Below are positions 37,960 to 47,372 of a stretch of DNA of 64,000 bases, piece by piece. Every line of letters begins with the position of its first letter. The first letter of the stretch is position 1. Source of the DNA: Chlamydiota bacterium (GTDB taxonomy: Bacteria > Auribacterota > Tritonobacteria > UBA1439); assembly GCA_012729785.1 (NCBI GenBank), contig JAAYCL010000044.1, positions 34,752 through 98,751 of the forward strand, read 5' to 3'. Below the pieces are notes generated by a model, which was not told the origin of the DNA, did not search any database, and saw only the letters and a list, made by a program, of their open reading frames with translations. The translations under genes were made by a program, and so were the position numbers.

Positions 37960-39081
37960 ATGAACGAGTGTGTCCTGCACCGGCCCGGAGCCGGGGGCGA
38001 GGTGGCCGTCGTCGCCGCGCGCAAGGCGTGCCGTTACCACCGGCCCGGGGAGTCGTATCCGGCCGTTCGGATGACGCCGGACGGGCTCTGTCCATTTGCG
38101 TTCCATCTCCTCTATCCCGACTGCCTTGCCATGCTGAGCAGGGGAAGATACCCGGTGGAGGGGGGGAGGGAGATTTGCCGCCTCCAGTGCCCGTTCGCGG
38201 GCGAGGGGGTCGAGTTCGGCGTGTTCCGGATCCCGCGGAAACGGACCTTTTTCGGGAAACTGGAACTCCTCGCCAGGAAGACCGCGGACCTCTTCACGCC
38301 GGTCGAACTGCTCGAATACGGTATCGCCATCGAGGTGACCAAGGCGGGCGCCGGTTGTCCACATAAGTACCGGGCGGGGGACATGTTCGAGATGAACATC
38401 AAGGGGAAGAAGGAACTGTGTCCCGCGGCATTCTACACGATCTTGCCCTTTTATCCGGCCGCGCCCCATGGGGAGAAGGGGGCGGGCCTCTGCATCTCGT
38501 GCGCCGACTACTGCACGGATATCGTCTTCTCCCTCGGCGGCGGGGATCCCGGATCCTTCTTCGGGGAATGCGATGCGTACGGGGACATCGCGGTGCGGGT
38601 GGAGGGGGCGCGCGGGGGAGGAACGGGGAGCCCGCGGGAAGGAACCGAATATCCCGTGAACGCCCTCATCGACGCGATGCGCATCCCCTGCTTTTCCGCG
38701 CTCGCGGCCGCATTCCCCTATATGCGCACGCTGGAGCGCGGGGGCTCGCTCGGGTTTCTCACCCGCGACAGGGATGCGGCGGGGATCCAGTGCCCGAACC
38801 CGTCGGTTCGCGTGCGGATGTTCGTCCGCCGGGACCGGGCGACAGGAAGCTTTCGGCTGGACGTGCACGGCCGCGACGGCGTCTGCCCGAAAAATCTCCA
38901 ACCGGGCAGGAGCTATCCGCTGCCGCCGCTGGAGGGGGGGGCGCTCCCCCTTCGGCTCCTCGCGACTCTCTATCCGTATATCATGCGTCTGAAAGCGGAT
39001 GCCGCCGGGGCGCCGCGCACGGTGCGCTGTCCGGTCGAAGCCGGCGCGGCGGATGTGCGGGTATTCCGGGGGAGGGGATAG
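37960..39081 (+). CDS. Cys-rich protein composed of four tandem TIGR04076-like repeats
   Basis: Repeated motif pairs: LCPFAFHLLYP...CRLQCPFAGEGVEFGVFRIPR; CPHKYRAGDMFEM...LCPAAFYTILPFY...CISCADYCTDIVFSLG; IPCFSALAAAFPYM...IQCPNPSVRVRMFVRR; LRLLATLYPYIM...VRCPVEAGAADVRVFR. These match my recollection of the TIGR04076 family motif (C.HAF.SLLP...QCPDP...V.F), which I cannot verify here. Confidence 0.6.
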   Translation: MNECVLHRPGAGGEVAVVAARKACRYHRPGESYPAVRMTPDGLCPFAFHLLYPDCLAMLSRGRYPVEGGREICRLQCPFAGEGVEFGVFRIPRKRTFFGKLELLARKTADLFTPVELLEYGIAIEVTKAGAGCPHKYRAGDMFEMNIKGKKELCPAAFYTILPFYPAAPHGEKGAGLCISCADYCTDIVFSLGGGDPGSFFGECDAYGDIAVRVEGARGGGTGSPREGTEYPVNALIDAMRIPCFSALAAAFPYMRTLERGGSLGFLTRDRDAAGIQCPNPSVRVRMFVRRDRATGSFRLDVHGRDGVCPKNLQPGRSYPLPPLEGGALPLRLLATLYPYIMRLKADAAGAPRTVRCPVEAGAADVRVFRGRG

Positions 39082-40143
39082 ATGGCCGTGAAAGGGTCTC
39101 TCATCAGGCACGTTCGCACCTTTGGGGCGATCCTGAGATCGCGCCTGCTGCACAGGCGGATACCGGTGATTGCGAATATCCTGATCACGAATCGGTGCAA
39201 CCTCCGGTGCTTCTACTGCTACCCAGATTCGTTCAACCGCGCCCTTGAGGACATGCCGCTCGCCGACTTCAAGAGGATCATCGACCTTGTGCACGCGAAA
39301 GGCTCCCGCGTGGTCGTCCTGCTGGGCGGGGAGCCGCTGATCAGGAAGGATATCGGGGAGTTCATCGGCTACGTGCGCGCGAAAGGGATGGCGTGCGAGG
39401 TCGTGACGAACGGATTCTTCGTCCCGCAGCGCCTCGACGCCCTGAAGAACGCGGACAGCGTCTGCGTGAGCATCGACGGCGACGAGGAGGCGAACGACAA
39501 GAACCGCGGGAAGGGCAGCTTCCGGAAGGCGATGGAGGCGATCGAGCTGCTCCAGGCGAGCGGGATCCACACAAGGATCAAGGCGGTGATCACGAGGAAC
39601 AACCTCCGCTCCATCGACTTCTTGGCCCGCCTCGCGCGGGAGAGGGGGATGGTGCTGATGGCGATCATCCCGACGACCTATGAAGACAGGGTCTATCCGG
39701 ATGGCGTCGCCGCGCAGTGGTTGAGCCAGGAGGAGTACCGCGCCTTCGTCATAAAGCTGATCGGGCTCAAGAAGGACGGCTACCCGATCTTCCACTCCTA
39801 CCGCGCCCTGCGCTACTGCAGGGACTGGCCCTACCCGTACGACGAGATCGTAACGGGGAAGCGCCTGAAGAACGGCGCGCGGGCTATCCCGTGCACGGCA
39901 TGGGAGTACGGCATATTCATCGACGTGGACGGAAGGTTCTTCATGTCGTGCCTTAAGACGTTCGACATCCAGGGGAGGAAGATTCTGGAAACCGATTTCG
40001 ACGACTGGTGGATATCGCAGCGGCGCTTCGGCTGCACCACCTGCGCCCTGCTGCCGAACATCGAGAAGTCGCTCGTCTACAACATGCATCCGGGGGCGCT
40101 GTGGAACATGGTGCGGATGGCCCTCTGGCGCGGGGGCCGGTGA
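39082..40143 (+). CDS. Radical SAM / SPASM-twitch domain protein
   Basis: Starts 1 nt after the TIGR04076-like gene stop. ITNRCNLRCFYCY is the CxxxCxxC motif. C-terminal Cys IPCTAWEYG...FMSC...FGCTTCALLP. Confidence 0.85.
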   Translation: MAVKGSLIRHVRTFGAILRSRLLHRRIPVIANILITNRCNLRCFYCYPDSFNRALEDMPLADFKRIIDLVHAKGSRVVVLLGGEPLIRKDIGEFIGYVRAKGMACEVVTNGFFVPQRLDALKNADSVCVSIDGDEEANDKNRGKGSFRKAMEAIELLQASGIHTRIKAVITRNNLRSIDFLARLARERGMVLMAIIPTTYEDRVYPDGVAAQWLSQEEYRAFVIKLIGLKKDGYPIFHSYRALRYCRDWPYPYDEIVTGKRLKNGARAIPCTAWEYGIFIDVDGRFFMSCLKTFDIQGRKILETDFDDWWISQRRFGCTTCALLPNIEKSLVYNMHPGALWNMVRMALWRGGR

Positions 40144-40150
40144 TCGCCGC

Positions 40151-42178
40151 GTGGAGGGCATCGTCGCCGTGAAAAGAGCACTCGTCGTCATCGCGCTGGC
40201 TGTTCTCGCCGCGCCGGTGGCCTATAATGTCGCCACGTCGTATGTCGGGGATGAAGATCTCTGGCGCCTCGCGCGCAGTCTGGAGTTGACGCTCAAGGAC
40301 GCCCTCCTGCAGAGCAACTACCATGTCCCTGGCTGGAAGCATTTTCGGCCGACGCAGTACGCCGCGTTTTTCCTGCTCGCCCGCCTCTTCGGGAGGGCCG
40401 CATGGGCGTACCATCTCTCGTTCTTCTCCGTCCATGTCCTCAGCGCGGTCTTCCTCTATCTCCTGACCCTCCGGTTGACGCACAACAGGGTGTGCGCCCT
40501 TGTCGCAGGCACCCTGTTCGCCTTCCATCAGGCCAACACGGAGATCCTGTGCGTGCTCGCATCCTTTCATTACCTGCTGTTGGTTTTTTTCTCCATCCTC
40601 ACCCTGTTCTTTCTCGCGCGGCATCTCGATCGGGGTCGCATGTCGGATCATGCGCTCTCGGTCCTGTGGTGCATCCTCGGGCTCCTCTCCGACACCCCGG
40701 GGGTCATTCTCATGCCGTTCGTGCTCCTGCTGGCGGAGTTGTTCTACCCCGCCAAACTGACCCTGCGGAGAAGGATTTGGCTGTACTCGAGCTACGCGGT
40801 CCCTGTGTGCGCCTTTGTATTCGTCCGCCGGCTGCTGGTACCCGCCCCCCTGGTCGGGGCGAGCCATATCGCCGACGTTTCGCATATCATTGCGAACTGC
40901 CGCATGATCGTCCGCGCCGTCTTCCTGCCGTACGACACCATGTGTCACCCCCCGTATGGGGGCGTCTTCCTGGCGTTCTCCGTTTTAATCGGGTGCGCGT
41001 ATGCAGGCGCCTTCCTTCCGTTCATCCGCCGGGGCGGGCTGCGCAACAAGCTCTTTCTCTTCTCCGCTATCTGTTTCTCTCTCTACGTGCTCAGCGCGGG
41101 CAACTTCTTCGGGCACGAGAGGATGTGCAGTATGGCAATCCCGTTCTACGCGCTCCTTATGGCATCGCTGTTCTGCAACGGCTATGAGGACACTGGACGG
41201 CTGTATAGATTCGCCACGAGTGCTCTCTCTGCAATGCTCATGCTGAACAACTACTCCCTTCTGCTTTTGAGGACACATGACTGGGCCAGGGCGGGACAGA
41301 TAAACAAGAAGGTGATGGAGATCTTCGTCCGCGGCTCGGATGAGGCCGCAGGCAGGAAGATCCATACCGTCGGCTTCCACGAGGTCCGGCTCTGGTTCCT
41401 TCGGGGGAAGCCGATCGTCGGTGATGCGGGCGAGATGTACCGCTGGTGCCATTGGTGGAACGGGAAGGATCGCGCGCTCGATGAGACCTATTTCAGGGAG
41501 TGGAGCGGCTACCCGGAGATTCTCCGTGCGTACGCGTACGGTCGGGGGGTGGTGAGGGACGATGATCTGATCGTCGCGCTTGAAAAGCGGAAGGAATACG
41601 GCGTCTACTCGTTCGCCGTGAGGGCCGACCGCGCCGAGAACGCCCTTGTCGGCCGGCGGAAGCACGTCAAGGCGCCGCGCGAGTCGTCCCCCATCAGGGT
41701 CAACTTCCAATGCTTCAACACCCTCTCCATCCCGATGGAGGGTTTCGAGATCGACGAGGGGAGGAGCTACCAGCCCTGGCGGGGGTATGGATGGGACGGG
41801 GAGTTCATCGGGAGGGACGGCATCTGGGACAAGTGGACCGTGGTGGATATCGACCGCAGGAGCGTTTCGGAGCACCTCAGGGACACGTACGTGTTCACCG
41901 ACAGGGGGAAGGCCACCTGGACTATTGACCTCGACAACGGCCCCTATCGCGTGGATCTCGGATGGTGCGATCCGATCTTCCGGAGAGGCCCGCAACGCGT
42001 GGCGATCGAGGGGAAGGTTGTAGCGAGCGCCGGGCCGCTGGAGAGGGACACCCTGTTCTCCGTCGAGAACGTCCCCGTGGAGGTGCGCGACGGGAACCTG
42101 ACCATGGAACTTATGCCCATGCCGCCGGCATCGAGCGCCATCATCAACTACATCATCATAAGAAAAGGCGCCGAGTAG
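40151..42178 (+). CDS. Membrane protein (about 9 TM helices) with ~300-aa C-terminal beta-rich soluble domain
   Basis: GTG 40151 with a hydrophobic N-terminal half. The C-terminal half (WRGYGWDGEFIGRDGIWDKW...) is Trp/Gly-rich and carbohydrate-binding-like. Confidence 0.65.
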   Translation: MEGIVAVKRALVVIALAVLAAPVAYNVATSYVGDEDLWRLARSLELTLKDALLQSNYHVPGWKHFRPTQYAAFFLLARLFGRAAWAYHLSFFSVHVLSAVFLYLLTLRLTHNRVCALVAGTLFAFHQANTEILCVLASFHYLLLVFFSILTLFFLARHLDRGRMSDHALSVLWCILGLLSDTPGVILMPFVLLLAELFYPAKLTLRRRIWLYSSYAVPVCAFVFVRRLLVPAPLVGASHIADVSHIIANCRMIVRAVFLPYDTMCHPPYGGVFLAFSVLIGCAYAGAFLPFIRRGGLRNKLFLFSAICFSLYVLSAGNFFGHERMCSMAIPFYALLMASLFCNGYEDTGRLYRFATSALSAMLMLNNYSLLLLRTHDWARAGQINKKVMEIFVRGSDEAAGRKIHTVGFHEVRLWFLRGKPIVGDAGEMYRWCHWWNGKDRALDETYFREWSGYPEILRAYAYGRGVVRDDDLIVALEKRKEYGVYSFAVRADRAENALVGRRKHVKAPRESSPIRVNFQCFNTLSIPMEGFEIDEGRSYQPWRGYGWDGEFIGRDGIWDKWTVVDIDRRSVSEHLRDTYVFTDRGKATWTIDLDNGPYRVDLGWCDPIFRRGPQRVAIEGKVVASAGPLERDTLFSVENVPVEVRDGNLTMELMPMPPASSAIINYIIIRKGAE

Positions 42179-42237
42179 GTGCGGCGCGGACCGGATATGC
42201 GCCCGTTGAAACTTGTTCAGAACGCGAGGCGGACACA

Positions 42238-43776
42238 GTGACCGGACCCATCGCGCTCTTCTCCGTCAGCGACCTTCGAAATATCGCCGAATTCGGAACA
42301 ATATTCATCAAGAACGGTTGGCGGGTGGTGGCCACGCCGGACGCCTACGGCGCCCTCAGGACCGCCGGCATCCCCGCGGTCTGCATCGACGAGTTCACGG
42401 GCACCGTGGAACGGTACTCGTTTCCCCCCACGCTCCATCCGAAGGTGGAGGCGGCGCTGACCGCGCCGGGATCGGGGGAGCGCATAGAACTCGTGTACGA
42501 CATCCCGTATCCCCTCGCGCAGGGGAACGACGTGGGCGGGATGACGCTGCTCGCGCTGGCGGTGAAGGGGGGGCGCATCGCCGTGTCGGCGCACGAGGAT
42601 ATGGCCCGTGTCGCGGCGATGGTGAAGGAGCGCGGCGCCGTCCGCGCCGACGAGCGGGAGCGCCTCGCCGCGAAGGCGCTGCGTCTCATCGAAGGCCACT
42701 ATGGCGCCCTTCTCGACCGAACGGAAATACCTCCTCGCGCCGGCATCCGCGGCGTCGAGCAGACGCGGCTCGCCCACGGTGAGAACCCCTACCAGGAACC
42801 CGCCTCCCTGTTCGCCGCATGCCCCGGCAACGACGACCCGCTCGCCCTGCATCGGTTCGAACGGATTTCCGGAGAGACGCCGTGTTTCACCAACATGGCC
42901 GACCTCGACAGTGTCGTCGCCACCCTGTGCCGTCTCGCCGGGGCCTACCGGCGGCTCGGCGGCGGCCTCCCGCACATCGCCGTGGCGGCCAAGCACGGCA
43001 ACGCCTGCGGCCTGTCGGCGGACCGGACGGACCCGCTCGAGGCCATCGAGGGGGCGCTCTGGGGCGACCCGGCGGCGGTCTGGGGGGGGGAGGTCGTCGT
43101 CACCTTCGAACTGGACGGCGCGCGCGCCGAGCGTCTCCTGCGGAGCGCGCGGAGAGGGGAACTCCACGGGAGCCCCGGCTGGATGCTCGACGTCGTCGCC
43201 GCCCCGGCGTTCTCGGGCGATGCGGTCGAGATTCTCGGGAAGAGGGCGCGGCGGAAGCTGTTTCTGAACCCCGCCCTCGCCGATCCACCCCCCCCGGCGG
43301 ACCGTTGGAGCTATCGGGGCGTCAGGGGCGGCTTCCTCAGGCAGCCGCACCCGTCCTACCTTCTCGACCTCGGCGAGTTGGAGTGGCCCTCGGGGATGTT
43401 CGACGCGGCGTCGCTCGACGACCTTCTCATCGCCTGGGCGGCCGCGTACACCTCGAATCACGGAGGGAACGAGGTGGCGCTCTCCGCAAACCGGGCGCTC
43501 ATCGGCGTCGGCGGAGGCCCCTCCACCGTCGCGGCAACCGAGACCGCCGTCGCGCGGGCGCATGCGCACGGGCACGCCACGGCGGGCGCGGCGTTCGCCG
43601 CCGACGCCTTCTTCCCGTTCACCGATGCGCCGCGGCTCCTCGCCGCGGCGGGGTGCGCCTGCGGCCTCGTCCCCCGGGGCGGGCAAAACGAGGGGGAGGT
43701 CCGCTCCTTCTTCTCCACGCACGGCGTCAGGGTCGGCTATCTCCCGGAGCGGTGCCGGGGATTCTGCAGGCACTAG
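42238..43776 (+). CDS. Divergent PurH-like protein (MGS-like domain + AICAR-transformylase-like domain)
   Basis: N-terminus ALFSVSDLRNIAEFGTIFIKNGWRVVATPDAYGALRTAGIPAVCIDEFTG resembles an MGS domain. C-terminus AFAADAFFPFTDAP...GLVPRGGQNEGEV...FSTHGVRVGYLPERCRGFCRH resembles the PurH C-terminus (SDAFFPF...GG.RD.EV...TG.RHFRH). Confidence 0.6.
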   Translation: MTGPIALFSVSDLRNIAEFGTIFIKNGWRVVATPDAYGALRTAGIPAVCIDEFTGTVERYSFPPTLHPKVEAALTAPGSGERIELVYDIPYPLAQGNDVGGMTLLALAVKGGRIAVSAHEDMARVAAMVKERGAVRADERERLAAKALRLIEGHYGALLDRTEIPPRAGIRGVEQTRLAHGENPYQEPASLFAACPGNDDPLALHRFERISGETPCFTNMADLDSVVATLCRLAGAYRRLGGGLPHIAVAAKHGNACGLSADRTDPLEAIEGALWGDPAAVWGGEVVVTFELDGARAERLLRSARRGELHGSPGWMLDVVAAPAFSGDAVEILGKRARRKLFLNPALADPPPPADRWSYRGVRGGFLRQPHPSYLLDLGELEWPSGMFDAASLDDLLIAWAAAYTSNHGGNEVALSANRALIGVGGGPSTVAATETAVARAHAHGHATAGAAFAADAFFPFTDAPRLLAAAGCACGLVPRGGQNEGEVRSFFSTHGVRVGYLPERCRGFCRH

Positions 43777-43835
43777 GGACGGGGTGGCGGGTGGCGCGAG
43801 GTAGATGCTATACTTGCGCGTCCGGAGGGTTGATC

Positions 43836-44771
43836 ATGATGAAGGTTCTCTTGACCGGGGGGGCGGGGTATATCGGCTCGGTGCTCACCGGGCGCCTTCT
43901 CGCGCGCGGGATGGACGTCGCCGTCGTGGACAAGCTCATCTACCGCCAGACCAGCCTGCTTCAGTACTTCGACAACCCGCGCTTCTCCTTCGTCAACGGC
44001 GACGTGCGGGACGAGCGGCTGATGCGGGACCTCGTCCGGGACAGGGACGTCATCCTCCCCCTCGCGGCCATTGTGGGCGCGCCTGCCTGCGCGCGGGACC
44101 CGGAGTCGAGCACGTCCATCAATCTGCACGCGGTGGCGATGCTCGCCAAGATCAGTTCCGCGGGCCAGGCGGTGATCTACCCCACCACGAACAGCGGCTA
44201 CGGGACGACCTCCGGCGAGGAGTTCTGCACCGAGGAGACCCCGCTCGCCCCCATCTCCCTCTACGGCAGGGACAAGGTGGAGGCGGAGCGGATCCTGCTC
44301 GAGCGGGGCAATGCCGTCACGCTGCGCTTCGCGACCGTCTTCGGCGTGTCGCCGCGGATGCGGCTGGACCTCCTGGTCAACGACTTCACCTTCCGCGCGG
44401 TGCGGGATCGCTTCCTGGTGATCTTCGAGAAGCAGTTCAAGCGCAACTTCCTGCACGTCCTGGACGCCGCGGACTGCTTCGTCTTCTGCATCGAACAGTT
44501 CGCGCAGATGAAGGGCGAACCGTACAACGTCGGCCTCAACGAGGCGAACATCTCCAAGGAGGAGCTCGCCCTCGCGATCAAGAGGCGGGTCCCCGAACTG
44601 TACATCCACTTCGCGGAGGTCGGCTCGGACCCCGACAAGAGAAACTACGTCGTCTCGAACGACAAGATCAACAGGAAGGGGTTTGTGGCGTCCCACGGCC
44701 TGGACGAGGGCATCCGGCAGCTCATCCGGGCGTACGCGATGATCGGGAAATCCGAGATGTACAACTGCTGA
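43836..44771 (+). CDS. NAD-dependent sugar epimerase/dehydratase (SDR family)
   Basis: MMKVLLTGGAGYIGSVL Rossmann motif. 311 aa. RBS GGAGGG. Confidence 0.85.
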   Translation: MMKVLLTGGAGYIGSVLTGRLLARGMDVAVVDKLIYRQTSLLQYFDNPRFSFVNGDVRDERLMRDLVRDRDVILPLAAIVGAPACARDPESSTSINLHAVAMLAKISSAGQAVIYPTTNSGYGTTSGEEFCTEETPLAPISLYGRDKVEAERILLERGNAVTLRFATVFGVSPRMRLDLLVNDFTFRAVRDRFLVIFEKQFKRNFLHVLDAADCFVFCIEQFAQMKGEPYNVGLNEANISKEELALAIKRRVPELYIHFAEVGSDPDKRNYVVSNDKINRKGFVASHGLDEGIRQLIRAYAMIGKSEMYNC

Positions 44772-44785
44772 AGGCGGGGGGAACG

Positions 44786-45751
44786 ATGGCCGATCGGATG
44801 GATCTGAGAGGGAAGAGGATCCTCGTGGCGGGCGCGGACGGTTTTCTCGCGCACCACGTGCTCGCGGAACTCGAGAAGCGGGGGGCGCGCGACGTCGTTC
44901 AAGCGGACCGGCGCGACTGCGACCTCCGCGAGCAGGCCGATGTCCGCCGGCTTCTCGCGGAGGCGAAACCGCAGGTCGTGGTGAATCTCGCCGGCCTCGT
45001 GGGCGGGATCCTGGTGAACACCCAGCGGCCCGCCGAGTTCTTCTACGACAATCTGACGGCGGGCACCCTGCTGATGCACGAATCGTGGCGGGCGGGGGTG
45101 GAGAAGTACGCGGCCTGCATGTGCGGCTGCTCCTATCCGGACACGGGTTCTCCGCTGATCTCCGAGGCGATGCTCTGGGACGGCCCCCCGCAGCGGAACT
45201 CGGCCCCGTACGGAAGCGCCAAGCGTCTCCTCCCCGTGCAGGCGGAGGCATACCGGCGCCAGTACGGGTTCCGCGCGATTGTCCTCGTCCCGGGAAACAT
45301 CTACGGTCCCCACGAGAACTTCAGTCTCAACGACGCGCACGTCATCCCCTCCCTCATCAGGAAGTTCTACGAGGCGCGGAGGGGCGGGGCGCCCCGGGTC
45401 ACGGTCTGGGGGTCGGGGAGCCCCGTCCGCGACTTCGTCTATGCCGGCGACGCCGCGGAGGCGATCGTCCTCGCCCTGGAGACGTACGACGGGGCCGAGA
45501 TCGTCAACATCTCCTCCGGCACCGCGACCTCGGTGCGGGAGCTCGTACAACTCATCGCCGAACTGTTCAATTACCGGGGGGAGATCGTCTGGGATGCCTC
45601 CAAGCCCGACGGGCAGGCGCGCAAGATCTTCGACACCGCCCGGATGCGCCTCCTCCTCGGCTACGAGTGCAGGACTACGCTACGCGAGGGGCTGGAAAAG
45701 ACCATCGCCTGGCTCGAGGAGAACTATCCGCGGGGGACCGTGCGGCTGTGA
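44786..45751 (+). CDS. GDP-L-fucose synthase-like (Fcl/GMER family) 3,5-epimerase/4-reductase
   Basis: ILVAGADGFLAHHV...VVNLAGLVGGILVN...CSYPDTGSPLISE is the Fcl-like pattern. Confidence 0.8.
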   Translation: MADRMDLRGKRILVAGADGFLAHHVLAELEKRGARDVVQADRRDCDLREQADVRRLLAEAKPQVVVNLAGLVGGILVNTQRPAEFFYDNLTAGTLLMHESWRAGVEKYAACMCGCSYPDTGSPLISEAMLWDGPPQRNSAPYGSAKRLLPVQAEAYRRQYGFRAIVLVPGNIYGPHENFSLNDAHVIPSLIRKFYEARRGGAPRVTVWGSGSPVRDFVYAGDAAEAIVLALETYDGAEIVNISSGTATSVRELVQLIAELFNYRGEIVWDASKPDGQARKIFDTARMRLLLGYECRTTLREGLEKTIAWLEENYPRGTVRL

Positions 45752-46509
45752 TCCTCATCCTCGGCGCGCGGGGGTTCGTCGGCTCGGCGTTCTGCGCGGC
45801 GTGCGCGGCGGCGGGTCTGGATTTCCAGGGAGTGGACCTCGACGACTACGACGGCGCGCGCGGCGCCCGCTGCGATCTGTTGATCAACGCCGACGGGAAC
45901 TCGAAGAAGTATCTCGCCGAGAAGGAACCGGCTCGGGACTTCCGGCTCTCCGTCTTGAGCGTAATGGACAGCATCGCGGATTTCTCCTTCCGCAGGTATC
46001 TCTATATCTCGTCCACGGCGGTCTATCCCGACCCGTCCGATCCGCGGCGCACCGCCGAAGACGCCGTCCTCGACCCTGCCGCGCAGTCCCGCTACGGCTT
46101 CCACAAGCGCCTCGCCGAGGAGCTGGTCGTGAAATACTGTCCCGACTGGCTCATCCTCCGGCTCGGCGGGATGGTGGGGGAGGGGATGCGCAAGGGGCCT
46201 ATCCACGACATCCTGACGGGGGCGCCGCTTTGGGTCGGCACCAAGTCGAGGTTTCAGTTCATCCACACGCGCGACGTGGCCCGCATCGCCCTTCGGATGC
46301 TCGCGGAGGGGAGCGGACAAGAGATCTTCAATGTCTGCGGAAGGGGGACCGTCACGCTCGCCGAGGTGCAGGGGATGGCGGGCCTCGCGGGGGAGAACGA
46401 CCTGCCCGCCGAGGTATGGGACGTCAATACGGACAAGGCCCATCGCCGCTTCGGCCTCCCCTCGACGGAGGATACGGTGCGCGCCTTCATCGCGCGGCGG
46501 CGGTCGTGA
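45748..46509 (+). CDS. Short NAD(P)-binding epimerase/reductase-like protein
   Basis: GTG 45748 overlaps the upstream stop (GTGA). ILILGARGFVGSAF is the Rossmann motif. 253 aa. Confidence 0.65.
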   Translation: MILILGARGFVGSAFCAACAAAGLDFQGVDLDDYDGARGARCDLLINADGNSKKYLAEKEPARDFRLSVLSVMDSIADFSFRRYLYISSTAVYPDPSDPRRTAEDAVLDPAAQSRYGFHKRLAEELVVKYCPDWLILRLGGMVGEGMRKGPIHDILTGAPLWVGTKSRFQFIHTRDVARIALRMLAEGSGQEIFNVCGRGTVTLAEVQGMAGLAGENDLPAEVWDVNTDKAHRRFGLPSTEDTVRAFIARRRS

Positions 46510-47372
46510 TGCAGCCCCAAAGGGGGGATAAAGGGAAGAAACGCGCCGCGGGGAATACGCCCCGATCCTCCCCCCCGCGAGGAGGGTCCGGAAAGGCCGC
46601 GCCTGGCCGTTCCGCGTCCGGGGTATACCCATTTTTCCGGAATGATGTTATCATCCTCGCCGGAGGTTTCGGCAGAAGGCTCGCAGGGGCGCTCGGCGGA
46701 CTCCCCAAGCCGATGGTCGAGGTCGCGGGGCGGCCGTTCCTCGAGTGGGTGCTTCTGTACCTGCGGCGCTTCGGTTTCCTGTCGTTTGTCTTCTCCACCG
46801 GCTACCGCCGCGAGTCGGTGCGGGGGTTCTTCGGCGACGGGAGACGCTGGGGCGTCGAAATCGAGTACGCCGAGGAGGATGCGCCGCGGGGGACCGCGGG
46901 GGCGCTCCATCTGGCCGTCGCCGCCACGCGTTCCGCCGACCTCCTCGTGCTGAACGGCGATTCGCTGTGTTTGTGCGATTTGGGCGAGTTGTATCGGTTC
47001 CACCAGTCCCGCGGCGGGGAGGCGACGATCTGCTGCGTCCGTGTCCGGGACGCCTCCCGGTACGGCGCCGTGGTTTTCGACGAGACGGGTATGATCACGC
47101 GCTTCGCCGAGAAGGGATGCCCGGGCGGCGGCTGGATCAACGCGGGGATCTACTGGATGCGGAGGGGGTTCATCGAGGGGATGCGGGGGCGCGCGCCCCT
47201 CTCGCTCGAGCAGGACATCCTCCCGTGTCGAACGGGGCGGGGGCTGTACGCGTACCGCGCGAACGACCCGTTCATGGACATCGGCACGCACGAGGCGCTC
47301 GCGCGCGCGCCCGGATTTGTGAAGAGAAACAATCTGCCGCGCCTTGCGCGTGCTACCGAGGGGGATGCATGA
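46509..47372 (+). CDS. Sugar-phosphate nucleotidyltransferase (HddC/ManC-like guanylyl/nucleotidyl transferase) with basic ~45-aa N-terminal extension
   Basis: The core VIILAGGFGRRL...LPKPMVEVAGRPFLEW is the NTP-transferase signature. There is no in-frame ATG near the core. The only start is ATG 46509, overlapping the upstream TGA by 1 nt (TGATG), so the start position is uncertain. Confidence 0.7.
   Translation: MQPQRGDKGKKRAAGNTPRSSPPRGGSGKAAPGRSASGVYPFFRNDVIILAGGFGRRLAGALGGLPKPMVEVAGRPFLEWVLLYLRRFGFLSFVFSTGYRRESVRGFFGDGRRWGVEIEYAEEDAPRGTAGALHLAVAATRSADLLVLNGDSLCLCDLGELYRFHQSRGGEATICCVRVRDASRYGAVVFDETGMITRFAEKGCPGGGWINAGIYWMRRGFIEGMRGRAPLSLEQDILPCRTGRGLYAYRANDPFMDIGTHEALARAPGFVKRNNLPRLARATEGDA

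Noticed and set aside
36309-40191. Minus-strand ORFs 36309..38024 and 37783..40191
   Set aside because: Antisense to the B12-rSAM, TIGR04076-like and rSAM-SPASM genes.
42238-43776. Treating the PurH-like gene as an insertion or foreign element
   Set aside because: GC content and codon style match its neighbours, and it is flanked by operon genes without repeats. It is most simply an operon member or a housekeeping gene.
46642-46953. ORF starting with tandem ATGATG in the +1 frame, just upstream of the nucleotidyltransferase core
   Set aside because: Its translation (MMLSSSPEVSAEGSQGRS...) is junk. The conserved IILAGGFGRRL...LPKPMVEVAGRPF motif is in the other frame, which is open back to ATG 46509.
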